Source: a virus
Length of the DNA stretch: 64,000 nucleotides
IMG/VR virus record: IMGVR_UViG_3300032315_000747
Coordinates: 17,900 to 81,899 of that record
Strand: one strand, 5' to 3'
Each line of letters starts with the position of its first letter. Position 1 is the stretch's first letter. Position numbers and translations under genes: made by a program. Positions 57,916 to 64,000 of this stretch are shown in pieces. Under the pieces are notes generated by a model that worked only from the letters and a program-made list of their open reading frames with translations, searched no databases and had not been told where the DNA came from.

Positions 57916-58908
57916 TTAGCGTCTCCACCAAAGATAGCGCCTGACGAACTTGTCCATCCAAGCTTGCTGTGGCCCACTTAGTTCATCGTATACATATGCG
58001 GTAAAGAGTTCGGCGAAAAATTCTAAAGTATTGGTGCGGGCGTAATCAGTCGGGAACCAATCGTCTCCGTTCTTTGACCACGAAAGAGAAAAATATTTGA
58101 TCAGCGACGGGAAGAATGAACTCGGGACGCTCTGGTGTAGAATGTGGCCCAATTCATGAATGACCGTCTCGGCCATATCTGCCGCAGGCCTTCGGCTGTC
58201 TACCCATATCCGTCCAAAACCTAACATCGGAGCTATTCCAGTACTATCGGTGGGCAATTCGAAAAATTCTACTTTAGCAGAACGGATCAATGGGATCAGG
58301 CCATGATTGTCGAGTAGATCACACGCTTGACGGAAGGCGCGTTCACAGTCACGAAAATCGTATTCATCAATCGTCCCGTCAATGAGACCACGTACCCCTT
58401 TGTATACAATTTTCTGTGCTTTTTTAGGTCCGTAAAGTCCCAAATTGATTGGGATATTTTTGAGATCAAGCTTGAGCATTGGCTCTTTCTCATATTCGTC
58501 GTCATCATCCCAGCCTTCATAGATCGGGTCGATTGATTCTGTTTTATCTCTGCGTTGCAGTCTGGCCGCCCGCGCCGAAATGATGTAGGTCAGAATATTG
58601 CCGATCTCGTGTTTTCTCGCGATGTTTGATAGCTCTGCTTTTTGCTTCTCAAGTTTAGTGATCTGTTCGTGAGAAGAAGTACCTCTGATCTGATCCTCTA
58701 TTTGGGCCCACGCCGCCGCTAGTTCAGTCGCGATTTGGTGCTTTTTTTGATTTGTTTCAGGAGAACCATAACGCGGATAATCTGTCCGCTTATCACGCGC
58801 AAATTCACCAGATACTGGAAAAGTATCGGGTGCTCTTTGATCTGGGCCTTGGGTATGAATACCCTCACAGATCGAGATTAGTTTTCGCATGTCTGTACGA
58901 CTATCCAT
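57916..58908 (-). CDS. Zincin metallopeptidase-like late protein
   Basis: VIHELGHILH...YARTN..EFFAE; ATAAATA and GAGGA upstream of ATG 58908 (the longer ORF start lies inside a tRNA). Confidence 0.7.
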   Translation of the reverse strand: MDSRTDMRKLISICEGIHTQGPDQRAPDTFPVSGEFARDKRTDYPRYGSPETNQKKHQIATELAAAWAQIEDQIRGTSSHEQITKLEKQKAELSNIARKHEIGNILTYIISARAARLQRRDKTESIDPIYEGWDDDDEYEKEPMLKLDLKNIPINLGLYGPKKAQKIVYKGVRGLIDGTIDEYDFRDCERAFRQACDLLDNHGLIPLIRSAKVEFFELPTDSTGIAPMLGFGRIWVDSRRPAADMAETVIHELGHILHQSVPSSFFPSLIKYFSLSWSKNGDDWFPTDYARTNTLEFFAELFTAYVYDELSGPQQAWMDKFVRRYLWWRR

Positions 58909-58947
58909 AAATAGTATCCTCAAGGTTGATACACTATTTATGCCATA

Positions 58948-59038
58948 TGGTGGAGGGTGAGGGATTCGAACCCTCGGTACCTTTGAAAGGTACAATGGTT
59001 TAGCAAACCAGCCCATTCGGCCACTCTGGCAACCCTCC
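58948..59038 (-). tRNA. tRNA-Ser(GCT)
   Basis: Loop TTGCTAA; long V-arm. Confidence 0.93.
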
Positions 59039-59427
59039 TAGATATTCAGATGCTTTTTTGCATTCACGATGTAAGCATCAATTCTTTCTTTTCCGATCGG
59101 GTTCATTGAATGCACCATATAGTTGGGAAACATTAACCCTATTTCAGCGCAATGATGTACCAACCATTTAGCACAATCGTAACCTGATTTTTCAACACCA
59201 TAGTCTACATGTTCCTTACCTTCACACTCTTGAAGCATTGCTACATAGTGTTCATCAGCTAGGTCATGGTCGAACGTGACAAAGTTTGGAATACCGTTAT
59301 TAATGATGCAATCAACGAATTCGTCATAACTACGAACAACCTCATAGACATGGTCACGGGGAATCTGTACCCAAAGCACATCGTTTGGGCAACGAATATC
59401 GTCTAGAAAAAGATAGTATCCAGGCAT
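59038..59427 (-). CDS. Cyclic-phosphate-processing receiver-like domain protein
   Basis: LFLDDIR, TFDHDL, SGYDCAKWL, VHSMNPIG. Confidence 0.75.
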   Translation of the reverse strand: MPGYYLFLDDIRCPNDVLWVQIPRDHVYEVVRSYDEFVDCIINNGIPNFVTFDHDLADEHYVAMLQECEGKEHVDYGVEKSGYDCAKWLVHHCAEIGLMFPNYMVHSMNPIGKERIDAYIVNAKKHLNI

Positions 59428-59457
59428 TGTCTTTCCTTGATTTCATACGAACAATAT

Positions 59458-59541
59458 TGGTGGGGGAAGTAGGACTCGAACCTACGAAGCTTTCGCAGCG
59501 GATTTACAGTCCGCCCCCTTTGCCGCTCGGGACATTCCCCC
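59458..59541 (-). tRNA. tRNA-Tyr(GTA)
   Basis: Loop CTGTAAA; V-arm. Confidence 0.95.
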
Positions 59542-59552
59542 GTATATTATGT

Positions 59553-59643
59553 TGGAGGAAGCGGTGGGATTCGAACCCACGGAACCCTTTCAGGTTCATC
59601 GCATTTCAAGTGCGGTGCCATAAACCAACTCGACCACGCTTCC
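59553..59643 (-). tRNA. tRNA-Ser(TGA)
   Basis: Loop CTTGAAA; V-arm. Confidence 0.93.
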
Positions 59644-59653
59644 GTATTAATAT

Positions 59654-60154
59654 TTATGTAGCTACTTTAGCCGCAGACTTTTTCTGTCTGTATTCTCGGT
59701 CATACGCTCTACCGTTGCCTCTATTTTTACTTTTGTAAGTAGGTAGCTGTGCATCACAGTTACAACACACTAATCTAAAATTCTCAATTCTATTATCAGT
59801 GCTATCTCCGGAGATATGATCGCATACTAGCGGAATCGGCTGACCTTGCCACTCTTCGGTTCCGCACATACTGCACTTATTCCCAGTTTCTTCTATTAAG
59901 TACGCTCTTGCATGCCTCCTAGCTACTGTTTCACAATAATCGCTTAATTTACCATTTTCAACTATGTCTTTTCTACGAGCAGAAATTTTGGCCTCATCGT
60001 GCTTTCCTTTGTTCCAAGCAACTGTTCCCTTTTTAGCACCTGCATTTGGAGAATGCTTATGCTTTATTCGGTTAGGATTGTTCTTGCAACTCATTTCGTG
60101 AGCCGTTAGCGAACCCTTATTTGATATTTCTCGTTCACAATACTGACACTTCAT
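59654..60154 (-). CDS. HNH homing endonuclease
   Basis: CQYC...H...C, AWNKG, CSMCG, DHISGD..DN..ENFRLVCCNC. Confidence 0.88.
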   Translation of the reverse strand: MKCQYCEREISNKGSLTAHEMSCKNNPNRIKHKHSPNAGAKKGTVAWNKGKHDEAKISARRKDIVENGKLSDYCETVARRHARAYLIEETGNKCSMCGTEEWQGQPIPLVCDHISGDSTDNRIENFRLVCCNCDAQLPTYKSKNRGNGRAYDREYRQKKSAAKVAT

Positions 60155-60227
60155 AGTAATCTCCTTACTACTATTTATGCTTTATTGCAAATAAACAGCA
60201 AATAAGTGCGTTTAACCATAAGAAAGT

Positions 60228-60268
60228 TGGTGCGCCCGAGAGGATTTGAACCGCTCACCCACGCTTCC
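60228..60268 (-). pseudogene. Chimeric tRNA remnant
   Basis: tRNA-Ser-like 5' end GGAAGCGTGG joined to a different T-arm/3' end GGTTCAAATCCTCTCGGGCGCACCA. Confidence 0.65.
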
Positions 60269-60282
60269 ATATTAATATTTAT

Positions 60283-60960
60283 TTAATCACATTCGGCAAC
60301 TAAAGAAAGTCCTTCAATTAGTGGTCGCATAGACTTTCTGATATTTCTGATCTTCATCATTTCCGGAATGATTTTATTTCTAAGTACGTTTCTTTCATGA
60401 CAGTTCAACATGTTGGTCTCGTCTTCTACCCATTCAAGTTTGTTAGATAGTGCAGTGTAAATTAAATCTGCCTTTTCTACCTCTAAGAGAGGCTTATACT
60501 TGACATAATTCTTTTCTGTTTCTGATAGCTTCTGCATGACCAGATTCTTAGAACCTCGCATGGAAGCCATGAAGTATTGCTCTAAATTGTCATCATAATG
60601 ATGTGCAGTTAGTACTACATTTTTCCCAGAAAAGTTACTTAACGTGTCGTCAACGAATTTCCATCTTTGTTTCCTTGCCTCATGCTCTTGGTTGGAAATA
60701 TTAGCTAAACCGTTGCCATACCCTGAGTAGAATCTAAGATTGTATGTTTGTGCATACGAGATAACTACATTCATGTCGCTGAAGTCAGATGAACGGATCA
60801 TGTGCCTGAAATGAATCGCGATGGTGTCTGAACGGATTTTTCTTACTAGGTCCAGAAGAACCATACTATCAACACCGCCTGATACCATGACAAACACGTT
60901 ATCATATTTGTCTAGTTCAATGGAGATTTCTTTTTTGAGCTTTCTCCAAGATACGGGCAT
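60283..60960 (-). CDS. tilS: tRNA(Ile)-lysidine synthetase (catalytic domain only)
   Basis: VSGGVDSMVLL, HFRH, AR..R, LTAHHYDD..E, KPLL, WVEDETN, RNVLR..IIP. Confidence 0.88.
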   Translation of the reverse strand: MPVSWRKLKKEISIELDKYDNVFVMVSGGVDSMVLLDLVRKIRSDTIAIHFRHMIRSSDFSDMNVVISYAQTYNLRFYSGYGNGLANISNQEHEARKQRWKFVDDTLSNFSGKNVVLTAHHYDDNLEQYFMASMRGSKNLVMQKLSETEKNYVKYKPLLEVEKADLIYTALSNKLEWVEDETNMLNCHERNVLRNKIIPEMMKIRNIRKSMRPLIEGLSLVAECD

Positions 60961-60979
60961 GATTGTCTCTCGTTAAAAA

Positions 60980-61055
60980 TGGTGCGCCGTGAGGGATTCG
61001 AACCCCCAACCTGCGGATTATGAGTCCGACGCTCTAACCGTTGAGCTAACAGCGC
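60980..61055 (-). tRNA. tRNA(CAT), probably Ile2
   Basis: Loop CTCATAA; C4:G69; directly upstream of tilS. Confidence 0.85.
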
Positions 61056-61087
61056 GTTATTTGGTGTCAAGTGAAATAACTACATTA

Positions 61088-61306
61088 CTAAAGTAGATTT
61101 TTCAACCAACCGTCTGCAAACTTTTGCACAACATCATCGGCTGTTATATATTCGTCGTAACTATTAATAGCATCTGCTACATCAAGTACGTCATCTTCAT
61201 CAAGACCCAGTGTCCTAAGACCGTCTAGGTAATAATCCAGTGCTGACATGGTTAGCCTTTCTTCATTGGCTTTATTACTGAAGTCTACGTGAATCACATT
61301 ATCCAT
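61088..61306 (-). CDS. Hypothetical protein
   Basis: AAGGAG RBS before MDNVIHVDF. Confidence 0.65.
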   Translation of the reverse strand: MDNVIHVDFSNKANEERLTMSALDYYLDGLRTLGLDEDDVLDVADAINSYDEYITADDVVQKFADGWLKNLL

Positions 61307-61356
61307 GTTTAGCTCCTTGTCAAGTTGAAATGGTAGCCCGAACGGTGTGTTAGTTT

Positions 61357-61649
61357 TGGTATGAGCGGGGGGACTCGAACCCCCACGGAGTACTCCAACG
61401 GATTTTCTTACCACTATAGCTTTCGCTACCTTCGCAGTTTGTGGTCTGGACTATACCTTCACCGTTGCTTTTGCTTTAGGTGCTCGCCGTCTAGTCTCTA
61501 CACGTTCAAAGATATTTCTATCTAAGCTTCGCTCGGGATTGCCATCTTACAGGGTTCCCCGAATTTGACGAGTTCTACTCTACGGGTTTCCCCGAAGGCA
61601 CTCAAATTATGTCTAAGTCCGGTGCGTCTACCAATTCCGCCACGCTCAC
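61357..61649 (-). tRNA. tRNA-Leu(TAA), intron-containing (exons 61615-61649 and 61357-61406)
   Basis: Joined exons give GTGAGCG...GGACTT^AAAATCCG...CGCTCATACCA. Confidence 0.9.
61407..61614 (-). ncRNA. Group I self-splicing intron (208 nt)
   Basis: Follows exon U and ends in omega-G; core TAGAGACTAG (R) and AAGGTATAGTCC (S). Confidence 0.88.
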
Positions 61650-61789
61650 ACATTGAATGTAAAATATGTCTAACAATGTCAAAGAACATAGAAAGCTCAT
61701 CGCTGCTCTCTCTATGTTCTCAATATACGACATGATCAGGGTAATGTCAATAACTAATTTTAGTTTGCGAGATTATTTTTAAAGATAGT

Positions 61790-61864
61790 TGGCATAGGTA
61801 CTAGGATTTGAACCCAGGCGTTTGGTTTTGGAGACCAACATGCTACCGCTAACATCATACCTAC
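61790..61864 (-). tRNA. tRNA-Trp(CCA)
   Basis: Loop CTCCAAA; G73. Confidence 0.92.
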
Positions 61865-61869
61865 ACAGT

Positions 61870-62265
61870 TTAAGAGAAGTTTACGACGCCTGAATCAATG
61901 ACAGGATGTTCATCATCGGTTCTGTCAACAATCGTATATGCAAACTTTGTGGTGCCTAATTCCTTGAGCATACCTGCTACATCACCAAGCATGAAGTTTT
62001 TGCACGAATATAAATCGAACTTGTAAAAGGCAGGAGTGCCGCCCCAGAAATGAATGCTAGAATGGCTAGTCGTGATGCCCACGATACCGGTAACACCTTC
62101 GTTACCTTCATCATTGCACCATTTACAGGTTGGAGCGATAAACACTTCCATGTCAACTGCTGCGACTAATCGCAAAAACCAATCTTCCAAAAAACTAACA
62201 TAGTCTTCTTTTGGAGCATTTTCTAGGTATCCTGTAACAAGGATGTGTTTGTGAACGTCAGCCAA
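61870..62265 (-). CDS. speD: S-adenosylmethionine decarboxylase proenzyme
   Basis: HKHILV, GVTGIVGITTSHSSIHFW, DLYSCK; TTG start after GAAAGG; related Arg/Orn decarboxylase activities cannot be excluded. Confidence 0.75.
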   Translation of the reverse strand: MADVHKHILVTGYLENAPKEDYVSFLEDWFLRLVAAVDMEVFIAPTCKWCNDEGNEGVTGIVGITTSHSSIHFWGGTPAFYKFDLYSCKNFMLGDVAGMLKELGTTKFAYTIVDRTDDEHPVIDSGVVNFS

Positions 62266-62322
62266 CTCATAAACCTTTCTTTCAATTTTACTGTCAGACA
62301 GTAGAGTATTTATCAAAAAAGC

Positions 62323-62355
62323 AAAAACTACAGATATTAAATATCTGTAGTTTTT
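62323..62355. terminator. Bidirectional hairpin terminator
   Basis: AAAAACTACAGATAT-TAA-ATATCTGTAGTTTTT. Confidence 0.8.
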
Positions 62356-62361
62356 TAAGAA

Positions 62362-62436
62362 TGGTACCCGAGGACGGGATTGAACCGCCGACCCTCTCCG
62401 TGTAAAGGAGTTGCGCTACCGCTGCGCCACTCGGGC
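62362..62436 (-). tRNA. tRNA-Val(TAC)
   Basis: Loop TTTACAC. Confidence 0.93.
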
Positions 62437-62443
62437 CTTATTT

Positions 62444-62520
<77 letters not shown>

Positions 62521-62528
62521 ATAATTTT

Positions 62529-62604
62529 TGGTGGAGAATACCAGGATCGAACTGGTCACCTTCTGAATGCAAATCAGACGCTCTACCAAATGAGCTAATT
62601 CCCC
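62529..62604 (-). tRNA. tRNA-Ala(TGC)
   Basis: Loop TTTGCAT; G3:U70. Confidence 0.95.
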
Positions 62605-62655
62605 GTTAAACAACGTAGATATATATTTAGTACCGTTTTACCTCTCAGTAAAAAA

Positions 62656-62732
62656 TGGCGACTCCTGCTGGATTCGAACCAGCGACCTACATATTAGAAG
62701 TATGTGGCTCTATCCAGCTGAGCTAAGGAGTC
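62656..62732 (-). tRNA. tRNA-Arg(TCT)
   Basis: Loop CTTCTAA; A20. Confidence 0.95.
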
Positions 62733-62739
62733 AATGATG

Positions 62740-62961
62740 TTACACATAGAAAGAATAATTCGTGCCCACTGAACGATCAGAATGTTGCCGAATCTTGGCA
62801 ATAGCCGAATTTAGACGACGACGAGTCTTTAGAATATTTGCGGCTCGCAGAGTGTTTCCAGTATGCCAATATTTATCTTGTTCGACCATCAACTCGTCTG
62901 CCTGCTTTAATAGCGTATACAGAACAATATCAATTTCCTGGTCAGTAAGAACTAATGTCAT
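62740..62961 (-). CDS. Hypothetical protein
   Basis: GAAGGGA RBS; TTGACA promoter upstream. Confidence 0.6.
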   Translation of the reverse strand: MTLVLTDQEIDIVLYTLLKQADELMVEQDKYWHTGNTLRAANILKTRRRLNSAIAKIRQHSDRSVGTNYSFYV

Positions 62962-63152
62962 TGTAGTATTCCCTTCACTTCATTCTATAACATATCAAAC
63001 TGATGATAGTATGTCAAGAAGTTTTTCGATAGTTCGGGAGGAGAATTTTTATCCGAAATGAATGCGGTGTGACATGCTTGGGTTCCCGACTCACACACTT
63101 TGACGCAACCTTAAATACACTCACCCGGCCTACCTGGACTCTATCGAAAAAA

Positions 63153-63228
63153 TGGTGCCCGCACGAGGGTTCGAACCCCGGACCTCCACATTACAAGTGT
63201 GGCGCACTACCAACTGTGCTATACGGGC
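63153..63228 (-). tRNA. tRNA-Thr(TGT)
   Basis: Loop CTTGTAA. Confidence 0.95.
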
Positions 63229-63237
63229 ATTAAATTT

Positions 63238-63314
63238 TGGCTCCTTGGGTTGGGCTCGAACCAACGACATTCGGATTAACAGTCCGACGCAACTACCAAC
63301 TGTGCTACCAAGGA
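63238..63314 (-). tRNA. tRNA-Asn(GTT)
   Basis: Loop CTGTTAA; U1:A72, G73. Confidence 0.95.
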
Positions 63315-63367
63315 ACAAACTCATCATAAAGATATTTACAAGAGCAAAACACAGTCAAAATATTTTG

Positions 63368-63925
63368 CTAATTGATCAGTAGTCTACTATGCTTAGGAAC
63401 ACCTGATATCAGATATTCCATCTGATCTGCAAGAACATGACGATTTTGCAATAGCAAATGTTCGTAGTGGTTTGGTGCGTATGGGACATACAGTAGTTCC
63501 ATACGTGCTTCCTTCAATGTCTTGCAACCCTTTTGTTGATTGCAACTATAACAAGCTGTAACTACGTTCATCCACGTGTCTTCACCACCGTGAAACTTCG
63601 AAACAATATGATCGCGACTCAACTTCGTGTGACTGAAGTTTCCACCGCAGTATGCACAGATGTTACGATCACGGGCAAACAATGTCTTATTAGATAGGAT
63701 AACTCTGTTATGCTTGCGGAAATCAAAGCCATGGCCCTTGACCGCGATGATGCTAGGAGTTTCAAGGTAGCTACGGGTACCGTCTTTTTGGACGCCACCG
63801 TGGTATCTAGCGACGATATCACCGAGCGTCCAAGCTACCAAATCTTTTGCGTGGTAGCTGATCGCGTCATCGTGGGAAATCCATGTTCTTGGAATACCCG
63901 AAATGTCTAAGGCTAGTACCGCCAT
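63368..63925 (-). CDS. HNH endonuclease (McrA-like)
   Basis: LFARDRNICAYCG, SRDHIV, GG..TWMNVVTACYSCNQQKG. Confidence 0.9.
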   Translation of the reverse strand: MAVLALDISGIPRTWISHDDAISYHAKDLVAWTLGDIVARYHGGVQKDGTRSYLETPSIIAVKGHGFDFRKHNRVILSNKTLFARDRNICAYCGGNFSHTKLSRDHIVSKFHGGEDTWMNVVTACYSCNQQKGCKTLKEARMELLYVPYAPNHYEHLLLQNRHVLADQMEYLISGVPKHSRLLIN

Positions 63926-64000
63926 GATTAACTCCTATGTATTATCATATTTAGACTGTCTATATTATATACACTATGATTGGACTTAGTGCAACCAAAA

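Noticed and set aside
58909-59016. N-terminal extensions of ORFs 57916-59016, 54317-54874 and 61088-61414, and ORFs at 59385, 62380, 62416, 63130 and 63152
   Set aside because: They overlap tRNA genes; true starts lie downstream of late promoters/RBS, or the ORFs are spurious.

Overview
This window is part of a large AT-rich (roughly 40% GC by eye) lytic dsDNA phage genome, probably a T4-superfamily-like jumbo phage. It uses two promoter classes: a conserved ~38-bp sigma70-type early promoter (TTGAC...TGCTATATT) and T4-type late promoters ((T/C)ATAAATA, CTAAATA). The tRNA-His signature and promoter style point to an alphaproteobacterial host. Positions 1-32.6 kb are mostly + strand. They hold a 7-deazapurine/sugar operon (cytidylyltransferase-cupin, 2 glycosyltransferases, GMP reductase, FolE, QueD, purine PRTase, MBD4-like glycosylase, QueE, GalE), then UvsE, RNase H, DNA ligase, a ClpX/Hsp20/ClpS/ClpP proteostasis block, small early genes and a GC-rich foreign insert. 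Positions 32.7-64 kb are mostly - strand. They hold tail-fibre genes, late genes with capsid-targeting-like N-termini (SOD, GNATs, kinase), IF-1, dCMP deaminase, SleB hydrolase, a subtilase/ATP-pyrophosphatase/GNAT module, and 20 tRNA genes interspersed with Pth2, TilS, AdoMetDC and HNH nucleases. The strongest leads are: a toyocamycin/tubercidin-like route to deazapurine nucleotides with a candidate pseudoknot riboswitch; a set of apparently virion-packaged enzymes; an 8/4-fold tRNA-Gly; a group I intron in tRNA-Leu(UAA); and a coiled-coil gene followed by a structured UUG-repeat RNA. All protein calls come from motif recognition by eye; no database searches were run.
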